DNA from: Squalus acanthias
Taxonomy: Eukaryota
Direction of reading: 5' to 3'
NCBI GenBank assembly: GCA_030390025.1
Contig: CM059432.1
Span: forward strand, 139,068,001-139,132,000
Length of the DNA stretch: 64,000 bases
The notes beneath the pieces are model-generated. The model was not told the origin of the DNA, did no database searches, and saw only the letters and a program-made list of their open reading frames with translations. Positions 38,274 to 51,750 of the stretch are shown piece by piece. The position numbers and the translations under genes were made by a program. Each line of letters starts with the position of its first letter. Positions within the stretch are counted from its first letter, which is position 1.

Positions 38274-41200
38274 TTTTTTTTTCAAATTTGTTCATGGGTT
38301 GTGGGCGTCGCTGGCAAGGCCAGCATTTATTGCCCATCACTAATTGCCCTTGAGAACGTGGTGGTGAGCCGCCTTCTTGAACCACTGCAGTCCGTGTAGT
38401 GAAGGTACTCCCACAGTGCTGTTAGGGAGGGAGTTCCAGGATTTTGACCCAGCGACGATGAAGGATCGGCGATATACTTCTAAGTCAATATGGTGTGTGA
38501 CGGAGGGGAACTTGCAGGTGGTGGTGTTCCCATGCGCCTGCTGCCCTTGTCCTTCTAGGTGGAAGAGGTCGCGGGTTTGGGAGATGCTGCCGAAGAAGCC
38601 TTGGTGAGTTGCTGCAGTGCATCTTGTAGATGGTACACACTGCAGTCACGGTACGCCAGTGGTGGAGGGAAGTGAATGTTTAAGGTGGTGGATGGGGTGC
38701 CAATCAAGCGGGCTGCTTTGTCCTGGATAGTGTCGAGCTTCTTGAGTGTTGTTGGAGCTGCACTCATCCCGGCAAGTGGAGAGTATTCCATCACACTCCT
38801 GACTTGTGCCTTGTAGATGGTGGAAAGGCTTTGGGGAGTCAGGAGGTGAGACGCTCACCGCAGAATACCTAGCTTCTGACCTGCTCTTGTTACCACAGTA
38901 TTTATGTGGCTGGTCCAGTTGTATCTGGTCAATGGTGACACCCAGGATGTTGATGGTGGGGGATTTGGCGATGGTAATGCCGTTGAATGTCAAGGGCGGT
39001 GGTTAGACTCTCACTTGTTAGAGATAGTCATTGCCTGGCACTTGTGTGGCGCGAATGTTACCTGCCACTTATCAGGCCAAGCCTGAACGTCGTCCAGGTC
39101 TTGTTGCATGCGGGCATGAACTGCTTCATTATCTGAGGAGTTGTGAATGGCACTGAACACTGTGCAGTCATCAGCGAACATCCCCATTTCTGACCTTATG
39201 TTGGAGGGAAGGTCATTGATGAAGCAGCTGAAGATGGTTGGGCCTAGGACACTGCCCTGAGGAACACCTGTCCTGGGGCTGAGATGATTGACCTGCAACC
39301 ACCACAACCATCTTCCTTTGTGCTAGGTATGACTCCAGCCAGTGGAGAGATTTCCCCCCCCCAATTCCGATTGACTTCAGTTTTACTAGGGCTCCTTGAT
39401 GTCACACTCGGTCAAATGCTGCCTTGATGTCAAGGGCAGTCACTCTCACCTCACCTCTGGAATTCAGCTCCTTTGTCCATGTTTTGACCAAGGCTGTAAT
39501 GAGGTCGGGAGCCGAGTGGTCTTGGCGGAACCCAAACTGAGCATCAGTGAGCAGGTTATAGGTGAGTAAGTGCCGCTTGTGCCACACTGTCGATGACACC
39601 TTCCATCACTTTGCTCATGATTGAGAGTAGACTGATGGGGGCGGTAATTGGCCGGATTGGATTTGTCCTGCTTTTTGTGGACAGGACATACCTGGGCAGT
39701 TTTCCGCATTGTCGGATAGATACCAGTGTTGTAGCTGTACTGGAACAGCTTGGCTAGAGGCGCGGCTAGTTCTGGAGCACAAGTCTTCAGAACGACAGCC
39801 GGGATGTTGTCGGGGCCCATAGCCTTTGCTGTATCCAGTGCGCTCAGCCGTTTCTTGATATCACGAGGAGTGAATCGAATTGGCTGAAGGCTGGCTTCTG
39901 TGATGGTGGGGACGTCAGGAGGAGGCCGATATGGATCATCCATTCAGCACTTCTGGCTGACGATGGTTGCAAATGCTTCAGCCTTGTCTTTTGCACTCAC
40001 GTGCTGGGCTCCACCATTATTGAGCATGGGGATATTCATGGAGCTTCCTCCTCCAGTTAGTTGTTTAATGGTCCACCACCATTCACGACTCGATGTGGCA
40101 GGACTGCAGAGCTTTGATCTGATCTATTGATTGTGGGATCGCTTAGCTCTGTCTATAGCATGCTGCTTCCGCTTTTTAGCATGCATGTAGTCCTGTGTTG
40201 CAGCTTCCCCAGGTTGGCACCTCATTTTTAGGTACGCCTGGTGCTGCTCCTGGCATGCTCTTCTACACTCCTTATTGAACCAGGGTTGGTCCCCTGGTTT
40301 GATGGTAATGGTAGAGTGAGGGATATGCCGGACCATGAGGTTGTAGATTGTGATGGAATACAGTTCTGCTGCTGCTGATGTATCACAGCGCCTCATGGAT
40401 GCCCAGTTTTGAGCTGCTAGATCTGTTCTGAATCCATCCCATTTAGCATGGTGGTAGTGCCACACAACACGATGGAGGGTGTCCTCAGTGTGAAGACGGG
40501 ACTTCATCTCCACAATGACTGTGCGGTGATCACTGCTACCAATACTGTCATGGACAGATGCATCTGCGACAGGTAGATTGGTGAGGACGAGGTCAAGTAG
40601 GTTTTTCCCTTGTGTTGGTTCTCTCACCACCTGTCGCAGGCCCAGACTGGCAGCTATGCCCTTCAGGACTCGGCCAGCTCAGTCAGTAGTGGTGCTACCA
40701 AGCCACTCTTGGTGATGGACATTGAAGTCCCCCACCCAGAGTACATTCTGTGCCCTTGTTACTCTGTGCTTCTTCCAAGTGGTGTTCAACATGGAGGAGT
40801 ACTGATTCATCAGCTGAGGGAGGGCAGTAGGTGGTAATCAGCAGGAGGTTTCCTTGCCCATACTTGACCTGAAGCCATGAGATTCCAGAGTCAATGTTGA
40901 GGACTCCCAGGGCCACTCCTTCCCGACTGTATACCACTGTGCTGCCACCCCTGGTGGATCTGTCCTGCCGGTGGGACAGGACATACCCAGGGATGGTGAT
41001 GGAGGAGCTTGGGACATTGGCTGAAAGGTATGATTTTGTGAGTATGACTATGTCAGGCTGTTGCTTGACTAGTCTGTGGGACAGCTCTCCCAATTTTGGC
41101 ACAAGTCCCCAGATGTTGGGTGAGGAGGACTTTGCCGGGTTGACTGGGCTGGGTGTGCCGTTGTCGTGTCCGTATCTGGTGCAGAGGTCGATGCCGGGTG

Positions 41201-41517
41201 CTCTGTCTGGTTTTATTCTTATGTTTCGTAGCGGTTTGCTAGACCATTTCAGAGGGCAGTTAAGAGTCAACCACATTGCTGTGGGTCTGGAGTCACATAT
41301 AGGCCAGATAAGGACAGCAGTAAAGGACATTAGCGAACCAGAAGGGTTTTTACGACAATCCGATAGCTTCATTACTGATACTAGCTTTTTATTCCAGATT
41401 TATTTAATTAGCTGAATTTAAATTCCCCAGCTGCCGTGGTGGGATTTGAACTCACGTCATTAGTTCAGGCCTCTTGGATTACTAGCCCAGTAACATTACC
41501 ACTATGCTACCGTTCCC
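38274..41517 (-). mobile_element. Near full-length non-LTR retrotransposon (CR1-group-like APE+RT, disrupted) with tRNA-derived 5' head and no ORF1
   Basis: APE motifs KVLLT-NIWGL...PDIVILT.S, HRQDR..RGG, GDFN-like, LDLVLTN, GSSDH; RT motifs KAMGPDNIP, KKQDKSNPANYRP, QFGFR, ALDIKAAFDRV, GVPQGSVLGP, FADD; multiple frameshifts; A-tail at 38274-38282; A box at 41499-41509 and B box at 41442-41451. Confidence 0.9.
41442..41509 (-). promoter_or_regulatory. tRNA-type internal RNA polymerase III promoter (A and B boxes) at the LINE 5' end
   Basis: A box TAGCATAGTGG and B box GTTCAAATCC, 47 nt apart; the A box starts 8 nt inside the element's GGG start. Confidence 0.75.
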
Positions 41518-42119
41518 ATAGAAGTTTGGAGGGGGGCGGGGGGGAAGATTCTCTCTGTGTGCAACAACCTTGTAAACCTATTCTTTACAAATTGATTTAC
41601 AATTTTGTTACAGAGGAAACCTATCCTGGTCATCTCAGATTTTTACGCAGGAGAAATGAAGGGGAAATTGTTAAGTGTTAACAAACAAGATGCAGGTCAT
41701 AAATAAAATTTGAAAATTAGGCATTTTTGAATACGAAGCTATTTAAAATATGTCTACATTTTGATCCTTTAGGACAAGGTGACGAATTTGAGGTTTGCAT
41801 TAGCTATGCGCTCAAGTTTGGTTTCACCGGTCACTCCCATAAGCAGACCTATGACCTGACGGTACCTTTACCATCCAGCATCTAGTTACACAATAACTGG
41901 ACCCAGGGCCTTTTAACAGCCAGAGTGATTATTTGCAATGCATTTTTGACTCTCTCTGCGCATACGTGCCCGTTTGGTACCGCGCAAGTGCACTCGATCT
42001 GGTTGCGCATACGCAGTACCAAACGGTGTGGCGGTTGCGGCCTGCATTGCCACGCTTTCCTCGGCTCCATGCAGAGAAGGTCAGGTGATCAGTTTGGTGG
42101 CGGGGGGGAAAGCGGGGAG

Positions 42120-42310
42120 GAGAGCGCGTGAGAGGGAGAGATCGGAGGGGGAGGGAGGAGGGAGAGGGAGGAGGGATCGGAGGGGGAGGGAGGAGGGAGA
42201 GGGAGGAGGGATCGGAGGGGGAGGGAGGGTGAGGAGAGGGGGGGGAGAGAGAGAGAGAGAGAGAGCAGATCGGAGGGGGGGGAGAGAGAGAGAGAGAGAG
42301 GAGATCGGAG

Positions 42311-42346
<36 letters not shown>

Positions 42347-42803
42347 AGATCGGAGGGGGGGGAGAGAGAGAGAGAGAGAGGAGATCGGAGGGGAGAGAGA
42401 GAGAGATCAGAGGGGGGGGGAGAGAGAGAGAGAGAGAGAGGAGATCGGAGGGGGGAGCGGGAGAGAGAGAGAGAGAGAGAGAGAGGAGATCGGAGGGGGG
42501 TGGAGAGAGAGAGAGAGAGGAGATCGGAGGGGAGAGAGAGAGAGAGGAGATCAGGGGGGGGGAGAGAGAGAGAGAGAGAGGAGATCGGAGGGGGGTGGAG
42601 AGAGAGAGAGAGGAGATCGGAGGGGAGAGAGAGAGAGAGATCAGAGGGGGGGGGAGAGAGAGAGAGAGAGGAGATCGGAGCAGGAGAGAGAGAGAGAGAG
42701 AGAGAGAGGAGATCGGAGGGGGGAGCGGGAGAGAGAGAGAGAGAGAGAGAGGAGATCGGAGGGGGGAGCGGGAGAGAGAGAGAGGAGATCGGAGGGGGGG
42801 AGC

Positions 42804-42840
<37 letters not shown>

Positions 42841-43200
42841 TCGGAGGGGGGAGAGAGAGAGAGAGAGAGAGAGAGGAGATCGGAGGGGGGAGAGGGAGAG
42901 AGAGAGAGAGAGAGGAGATCGGAGGGGGGAGAGAGAGAGAGAGAGGAGATCGGAGGGGGGAGAGAGAGAGGAGATCGGAGGGGGGAGAGAAAGAGAGAGA
43001 GAGAGAGAGAGATCAGATCGGAGGGGAGGGAGGGAGGGAGGGAGAGAGAGAGAGAGAGAGAGGAGATCGGAGGGGGGAGAGTGGAGATCGGAAGGAGAGA
43101 GAGGAGCTCAGAGAGAAGGAAGAAGGTCAGGAGTTGTGGGGAGGGGGGGGTCAGGAACTCAGAGAGGTCAGGAACTTGTTGGGGGGGGGGGGGGGGGGAG
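42120..43200. repeat. Polypurine satellite: gagatcggaggggg(ag)n units
   Basis: About 1.1 kb almost purely G/A on the + strand, punctuated by a repeating gatcgg; it produces the spurious 438-aa and 404-aa ORFs. Confidence 0.95.
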
Positions 43201-43402
43201 CACAGTGAGAAGGGGAGGGAAGAACGTGATCCAAGTCTAAAGGAGGGGCGGGTGGATGAGAGCAAGAACGTGATCCAGATGGGAAGATAGATCACATTCT
43301 CCCTCCCTCTGTTAGGCCTGGATCACGTTCTTCTACCCCCTTTACACCTGCTCCACGTTCGCCCTCTCCTACCCTCCCCTCCCCCGTCCCCCACCATTCC
43401 AG

Positions 43403-43490
43403 GCCGCAGCGGTTCAAGAAGGCAGCTCACGATCACCCGCTCAGGGGCAACTAGGGATGAGCAATAAATAAATGAAATTTTAAAAATGAA
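43403..43490 (+). mobile_element. Short 3' tail of the 38274-41517 LINE family
   Basis: gcagcggttcaagaaggcagctcac...tcaggggcaactagggatgagcaataaa. Confidence 0.7.
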
Positions 43491-44927
43491 AGCGTATTCT
43501 GTGTTGGTCCTACAGCATGCATAACATCATATTTGTGTGTTATTTGCTGGACTCGACTATTCCAATGTTCTCCTGGCCAGCCTCCCATCTTCCACCTTCA
43601 ATGAACTTGAGATCATCCAAAACTCTGCTGCCCGTATCCTAACACACAGCAAGTCCCATTCACCCATCACCCCTGCACAGCTGTTTGGAGGTCCCGCGCA
43701 GCCCATTAAAGGGACCGTGCACCCCCCCAAAAAAAATTAGGGAGAATACTGAAATAAAAACCAGAAAGTGCTGTAAATACTCAGCAGGGCGGGCAGCATC
43801 TGTGGAGGGTTTCCAGATTTCCAGCATCCGCAGTATTTTGTTTTTGTATTAGGAGGAACATTATTAACACGGTTGAGCTCTGGAACTGGCTGTCACAATG
43901 AATGGATCATATTACACGTCGAAAAGTACTTGATTACTCAGGCAGGCAGGATCTAACTACACATTCCAGACAAACTGCTGGGTGTGTCTTGTCCTCCAAA
44001 AGGACCAATCAGAAATCTGGTCTTACCGTCCAAGGGGACCAATCAGAACTTTGGCGTTAGAAATAGTTGCAGCCTGTAACAGCACGGCCCCTCATTGTAT
44101 GTACGAGATTCTGTGATCTTACATTTGTCATCACAGACAATTCTCCCAGCTCCCGCAAGGCAAACTAATGCACACTCTAGGGAGATGCAGCCTAACGTAA
44201 ACCAATGAACTGGTTTACTTTACATGAAATACATGAATGAACAGGATGCTGTTTTCTAGTGAAATACAATCTATTTCATCCGGATTTCTCGTAACATGAA
44301 AAATAACAAAGAATGCCACTCAACCCTGGTTAATGGACTAAACTCACATTTTGGGCTAGTAGTCTTGAAACTTTCCAGTCACTAACCTTTCCTATTCTAC
44401 TTGCCTGATGTAGCTCTGAATTGGCTTCCTCAGTATTCAATTTGCCTGCATAATTAAGAGTGTGTCATTTTATTCTGAAGAATTCAGTGAATGGGTCTAA
44501 CTACAGTGATAACACACCAGTTTCAGAGGACAAGAAAGCTAGGGAAAATCCCACTTCCCAGTTGCATTCCCTGAATCTCCCTCCGGCTGCAGGAGGTAGC
44601 AGCATTAATTTATTAAGGAAAAGGAGCAGGTGGAAGGGATTACATCAGAGACACATGGAACGAGGGATGTGGAAAGGAGAGAGAGAAATGCGGGAGGAAG
44701 GGGATATCGAAGTCAGACGCGTAGAGAACGAATCGGAGATACAGAATAGGTAAGGAAATTAATCATGAATCAATGCCATGTTCGTTTTTAACATTCCCCA
44801 AACATTCAGAGTGCCACCTGTACCAGGGGTTCATATATCATATGCCAAAGAAATGACCATATTTGAACCTTGGCATTTAATTAATTAAGGAAAAATTTTA
44901 AATTGATAATGGCGCTCACTTACTAAT

Positions 44928-45272
44928 TCTGGCCTTGCCCCTCCCTACCTCTGCAACCTCCTCCAGCCCTACAACCCTCCGCGATCCCTCCTCCAATTCT
45001 GGCTCTTGCGCATCCCCGATTTTATTCGCCCCACCATTGGCGGCCATGCCTTCAGCTGCCTGGGCCCCAAGCTCTGGAATTCCCTCCTTAACCCTCTCTT
45101 TCCTTTTAAGACGCTCCTTAAAACCTACCTCTTTGACCAAGCTTTTGGTCACCTGTCCTAATATCTCCTTGTGTGCCTCGGTGTCAATTTTTTTTGAAAA
45201 CGCTGCTGTGCAGCGCCTTGGGACGTTTTACTACGTTAAAGGTGTTAGAGAAATACAAGTTGTTGTTGTCGT
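44928..45272 (+). mobile_element. L2 LINE 3' portion
   Basis: cctccctacctctgcaacctcctccagccctacaac...aaaacctacctctttgaccaagc...aagttgttgttg. Confidence 0.87.
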
Positions 45273-47156
45273 GAGCTCCGCATGTGTGCATATAATAAAA
45301 ACTCAACTGAGCACTTTCTCCCAGGGCATGTGTTTGAAAAGTTAATATTTAGCTTTACCAATACTATACACCAACGTAACAATACTATGCTGTAGGTCAT
45401 TGGAACTAAGGTTGAAACCAGTCAATCAAAAATTATGCATCTTCCAAAATTTCATAAGTTCAAAAGGGTTAATTTGGCACTTACGAGAAGAAAATGATAC
45501 CATACATCGCTCATCAAAAATCAATAAAAATCCACAAGACTTCTTTATATTGAGACAAATATGCTCAATTGCTAGAGTTTTCACAGCATTATGAAAAGGT
45601 GTCTGTTTCATACCAAGCACTATAAATAATGCTAGTCTCTTATGAAAAAAGGATGATTTATCTTTAAGAACTAGATATCTCAGCACATTTTTACACCCCT
45701 ACATTGATTGCATACCAATTCTACTGTATATAAAAGTGTTTACAAAACCAATTATAGATAAGAATAAACAGCATACAATTACATTTTAGTAATGACAATA
45801 CTAATTACCCAGATAGAAATGCTCACAATTGTTTTAGTAATTTTAAGGTGATTTTTAGATGTCCAATTATCTTGTGTTTGAGAAAACAAAATGGTGCTAA
45901 ACATTTTGATGAAAGGTAGGTTATTACAACTGTCATAGTACCAGGGCGGTTCATGCATTCCATTGAGCTGTTGTCAAGTGAGTTTAATGGTTACTAATTG
46001 ATTATTAAACAAATAAGGACTATTCTTTCATTCCACTTATTCTGTGGAATACAATTAAACTAGTCATCCCCCCCCACCCGCCCCCCAGAGTGCAACCTTC
46101 CTACTTTCAATTTAAAAGCTCGATTTACAGATCTTTCCCATTTGTCCATCGCAAATTACAAATCATTATGGAGCCATCAGCTAAATCATTGTGCACAGTT
46201 TTCAAAGCCGGAGTGATTTCATCACAAGCCTGAGATATATATTACATTAAGTATATATGTCACCATTGAAAAACAAGGAAAGCGTAAGATGATCCAAGAC
46301 TATTTTTCCAAGAAAGAGCTGCTGAGCATGCAACATTTTAATTGAGTAGACACTTAGGTGTGGAATTATTATTTTTTGCAACACCACACTTTTCACTAAG
46401 CTGTTGGCAATACATGCAAATGTTTAGAATTAAAAGTGTAAGGATGGTCTGATAGGAACGCTCGGTACAAAATTACGTTGGAGCGCTAAAATTGATTTGG
46501 AACAAGTTTTATGACATTGCTACTTACCCATGCCCTACTCATTTGACATAGCCAGATAACCTGGACACTTATAGTACCACTATGCCACTTGCCACACATC
46601 AGACAACTTTGTACTGACATTATAAACTTGTGTATGATGTTTACTGTTACTTTCAAACATCGTGGCAGGGAAGGTGGAGAGACGACAAAAAGAACACAAG
46701 ATTAATAATTTAGATGTATCGGATGTGTCCAGATGGTTCTCCTTCATGGTACAGAAGTTCTAAGCATGCAACAGAAGGGCTTTCTCTGGCCCAGATGTGA
46801 GGTCCAAGACCAAGTGGTCAGGTAGTTTTGTGGTAAAAATGGGAAACAGCTGCCTGTTACTGAGTAACAGGTGGGTTGGGTTGCGCCGAGGGGATAAGCG
46901 GGGGCGGGGTGGATGAGGTCAGCGCTTTTCTTTAGGAAAGCTCCTCACAAGGGCCTGGATCAAGCAATTGCTGACAAGAATGGTGCACAGCACATGTCCA
47001 GAACATCAAAGTGGCTGGCATGTGTATATTTACGTAACAAACATCTGCCACCATTCAGTGCAAAACTTTCCAGTCTGTCTCTTACACCAAATGGTGATTA
47101 CGTGCAGATCTTAGTACTGATTCTAGGCTTTTGTCCAGCAGCACCACCCACCACCC

Positions 47157-47286
47157 CCGGACCCCAACCCATGCTCTCCCTCCGGACCCCCCCCCCCCTC
47201 CAGCTCTCCCTCCGGACCCCCCCTCCAGCTCTCCCTCCGGGCCCCCCCTCCAGCTCTCCCTCCGGACCCCCTACCCCGCTCTCCCA
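47157..47286. repeat. C-rich minisatellite (cagctctccctccggaccccc..., about 4 units)
   Basis: Directly visible; G-quadruplex-prone on the minus strand. Confidence 0.85.
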
Positions 47287-47339
47287 ACCAGGCCCGCACC
47301 CTGGTGAGAGGAAGGAATGGCCACTCAGAAGCCATGTTT

Positions 47340-48185
47340 CTGTCAGTGCCAGTGGCTTAATGGGTAGCACTCTCGCCTCTGAGTCAGAATGTCGTGGGTT
47401 CAATTCCCACTCCAGAGACTTGAGCACAAAAATCTAAGCCAACACTCCCAGTGCAGTACTGAGGGAGTGCTGCACTGTCAGACGTGCCGGCTTTTGGATG
47501 AGATGTTAAACCAAGGCCCCATCTGCCCTCTCAGGTGGACATAAAAGATGCCATGGCACTCTTTTGAAGAAAAGCAGGGGAGTTCTTCCCGGTGTCCTGG
47601 CCAATATTAATCCCTCAACCAACATCACTTAAAAAAAAATCATCAGGTCATTGTCACATTGCTGTTTGTGGGAGCTTGCTGTGTGCAAATTGGCTGCCGC
47701 GTTTCCTACATTACAACACAAGAACATAAGAAATAGGAGCAGGGGTAGACCATACGGCCCCTCGAGCCTGCTCCGCCACTCAATAAGATCATGGCTGATC
47801 ATCGACCTCAACTCCACTTTCCCACCCAATCTCCACATCCCTTGGTTCCCCTAGAGTCCAAAAATCTATCGATCGCAGCCTTGAATATACTCAAAGACTC
47901 AGCATTCACAGCCCTCTGGGGCAGAGAATTCCAAAGATTCAGAACCCTCTGAGTGAAGAAATTCCTCCTCATCTCAGTCTAAAATGGCCGACCCCTTATC
48001 CTGAGACTATGCCCCTAGTTCTAGACACACCAGCCAGAGGAAACAACCTCTCAGCATCTACCCTGTCAACCCCCCTCAAAATCTTGTATGTTTCAATGAG
48101 TGACTACACTTCAAAAGTACTTCATTGGCTGTAAAGTACTGGGACGTCCTGAGGTCGTGAAAGACTCTATATAAACGCAAGACTT
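47340..48185 (+). mobile_element. Full-length Deu-domain SINE interrupted by a CR1 fragment
   Basis: SINE sequence breaks at ...cctacattacaaca (~47718) and resumes at gtgactacacttcaaaag (~48100). Confidence 0.85.
47719..48099 (-). mobile_element. CR1 LINE 3' portion nested in SINE
   Basis: aagaacataagaaataggagcagg...gaattccaaagattc...gagtgaagaaattcctcctcatctcag; same subfamily as 37928-38266. Confidence 0.85.
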
Positions 48186-49177
48186 TCCTTTAAATAAAAA
48201 GAAAGGAAAGATTTGCATATTTTTAGTGCGAGGGTATCAATACATTGACCCCCCCGACGAGGTCATTGATGATGATGGCCTAATTCAGGAAGGAGTAAAT
48301 GTTCAGGGGAGCAATACGGAGTGATTGATAACCCGCAGTGGGGTCAGGGGGGAAAAAGAGATAACCTAAACTGATAGTTTAATCAATTATCGCACCATTT
48401 GTTTAACCAGCAGGTTTGAGACAACAGCACAATCTTAGTGTACAACACGCTGACAGAGAAACACTATTTCTCCTGCTGGCTAAATTCTTTATGAAGAATT
48501 TTTTTTTTTATTTTTTTTTAAGTAATTCAGATTTCTTATTGTACATTTTCAAATTAGGAAGACACGAGACCTTTTTGTTTGTACAAGTGAAGAGCCCTGC
48601 ACTAATAATGAATACTGCAGTTGTATTCTACACTCTCTGCACCCTTTAATGAAATGCAATATTCTATTTTCAGCAAAACGTCATGTCTTGTAGGTACATT
48701 GTAAGTGATGATAAACTTATACTGCTCCACAAAGTGCCAGGGAAACTCAGTACTCAAAATAGTTAATCAAGAAAAGTGAAAATGGTACGGCCAAAAAATT
48801 AAATAGGTAAATAAATAAATGACACTTATTCCACACATAGACGGATATTGGATTGCATGCTGGGCCATTACTGACCCGTGCCTGTACTCTTGCTCTACTT
48901 CACGTCATCCCACAGCACAAATTATTTCAGGTAATGTGCTTAGCTTGGTTGCTCCAGGGCTGATCTGTAAAAATAACCCAAAGTGCTAATGATGACTCCT
49001 CATCTTGCTGAAGAATGTGTGAGCATACGAGTTTGAGCACATAATTGTGCTGCGAGAATGCTGCTGAGCAAGAGCCGGAATCGTGGTGCGGCCAATCCAC
49101 CTCTCAACTCGCGTGACTGCATGAAGCTACCGAGTTTACCCATATCTACGGCAGCCAGGTCTAAATACAGCAGAAAA

Positions 49178-49812
49178 TACAACACCTTGCATTTATATAG
49201 CATCTTTAACGTAGTAAAACAGCCCGAGGCACTTCACAGGAGCGATTATCAAACAGAATTTGACACTGAGCCACATTAGGGCAGATGGCAAAAAAACATG
49301 GTCAAAAAGGTAGGTTTTAAGAAGCGTATTAAAGAAGCAAAAAGAGAGGTAGAGAGGTTTAGTGAGGGAATTCCAGGGCTCGGCAGCTGAAACCACGGCC
49401 ACCAAAATCAGGGGTGAGCAAGAGGCTAGAATTGGAGGAGTGCAGAGATCTTGGAGGGGTTTGTCGGGCTGGAGGAGGTTACAGAGATAGGGAGGGGGCG
49501 AGGCCATGGAGGGATTTGAAAACAAGGATGAGAATTTTAAAATTGACGCATTGTTAAACCAGTGTAGATCAGCGAGCACAGGGGTGACGGGTGAACGGGA
49601 CTTGGTGCGAGTTAGGATACGGGCAGCAGAGTTTTGGATAAGCTTAAGTTTATGTAGGATGGAAGCTGGGAGGCCGGCCAGGAGCGCATTGGAATAGTCA
49701 AGTCTAGAGGTAACAAAGGCATGGATGAGGGTTTCAGCAGCGGATGAGATGAGGCAGGGGCGGAGACGGGCGATGTTACGAAGGTGGAAAGAGGCGATCT
49801 TAGTGATGCCAC
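49178..49812 (-). mobile_element. L2 LINE 3' portion (ORF2 C-terminus)
   Basis: FHLRNIARLRPCL...AETLIHAFVTSRLDYSNALLAGLP...LKLIQNSAARILT...PVTPVLADLHW. Confidence 0.92.
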
Positions 49813-51750
49813 GTATATGCAAAGCACACAGAAAAAAATCTTGATGTATTGCCGATTGCAAAGTGTACTCAGCTATACAAATAATTCACTCAATCTTCAA
49901 ACTTTAAACGGCAAAGAAGCTGAAAGCTTTTGTTTTTGAATGCTGACAAAGTTATATTTATGCAGTACTTACGTTTAACTGAAATTATGTCAAATGCAAA
50001 GAGATAAGCAGTGATGTTGTATGATAGAGAAATGAGGATTAGCTCTCGGTTACCTTCATGCAGCAGGTATTTAACAATGGTTAGAAAATAAAGGCCAGCA
50101 ACACGCTCCGAAATTCCGCTCCGTGGGAATTTGAATTTGGGACAAGCACGGAGAGAGAGCCAAGCAATAAAAAAGGCACATGCCCAGAAAAAAAACAAGG
50201 GACATTTTGTAAAGAAAAGTAGAAATAAAATCAGACAAAATGTCAACCCAGGATGCTCTCGTGAACCTTATGACACAAACAAACACCTGGGACCCAGGGA
50301 ATGGTGTCTGTAAAAGAAAACCTGTCCGGATCACACATAGATCATTCCCCAATCTTATCAAAAAGGTAAAAACATCAAATAAATTTCAAATTTGTATTTC
50401 CGGTGACCTCTGTCACCAGATCACTTCAATTCCATTAACTAATTTCATTCATCTCCCCATGAAGCAAACCTGGATGGTATCCAGTACGTTTTCTCTTACC
50501 CTCTTACAGCCCTTTCCTCATACATTTTAATCTGTTCATCCAACCACATTTTATTTCATGGTTGTAACGACATCACAGAAAATATTACTGCACTTATCCA
50601 GTGATCAATTAGATCTACTCATACACAAGTCCAGTAACCAGCTGTAGTAAACTGTGGGGGGGGTGCAGGAACAGCTTAAAAGGGAAGCAAATACCAGCAG
50701 GTGTACTTTTTCTTCAAAGTATTCCCTCGTTTTCCAAGAGTAAAATGATATCAGCAGAATTTTATTTGATAATTTTCAGACCCACTGGGAGATTATCAAA
50801 CTAGGTATCCCTCCCCACCAACCTGCTCTGAGGAGGCCTCACCGCTGCGGAGTTGGTCCTTGCAGTGCCAAAGGAAACACTGGTGACCACTAAGCCTTCG
50901 ATTCGGCCCAAGAGGAGCCCATCCATAGGGCATTGGTTGGAAGGGGTGCCAATTTGTGCTTTGAGGGTTTTGTCTAATCTCTCACTAAGTTTCAATGAAT
51001 GTGTTGGTAATTGGTTGGGAGGTAGCAGACAGAGAGTAGTGGATAAAGGGAATGTACTCTGATTGGCAGGATGTGACAAGTGGTGTTCCCCAGGGATCTC
51101 TACTGGGGCCTCAGCTTTACACCACATAAGTACATGACTTGGATGAAGGACGAGAGAGTTGTAGATCCAAGTTTGCAGATGACACTATGTTAGTAGGTGC
51201 AGTACGTTGTGTAGATGAGAGGAGGAAGTTACAAAAGAACATAGACAGTGTAAGGGAGATGGCAAAGATGGAGTTCAATGTGGGGAAGTGTGAAGTCATC
51301 CATTAGAAAGACAAATTGAAATATTTTCTTAAGAGGCTGGGAGCTGTGGAGCAGCAAAAGGATTCCGATGTCACAATTCAATAAAAGCTCGTGCAGATAC
51401 AAAAAGTAATCAAAAAGGATAATGGAATGACAGCCTTTATCTCAAGGGGACTGGAGTACAAAGTGTGGGGGGGGGGGTTCAGTTGTGCTTCAGTTGTACA
51501 GAGCCTTGGTTAGACCCAATCTGGAGTACTGCATACCGTTTTGGGCACCTCATCTCAGAAAGTATATACTGAACTTGGAGGGGGTGCAGCACAGATTCAC
51601 CAGAATTATACCGAGGCTTAAAGAGTAAAACTTTGAGGACAGGTTGCATAAACTTGGCCTGTATTCCTTGGGGTTAGGAAGGCTGATGGGTGATATAATT
51701 GAAGTGTTTAAAATGATAAATGGATTTGATAGGGTAGATACAGAGACGAT

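Noticed and set aside
41974..43295. 438-aa RE/G-rich and 404-aa SL/P-rich ORFs, the longest in the window
   Set aside because: Stop-free translations of the GA satellite on both strands; no domain content.
50800..50990. LF-SINE-like fragments (also ~36240-36430, ~55800-55900)
   Set aside because: Matches rest on short remembered motifs; too degenerate to call without an HMM search.
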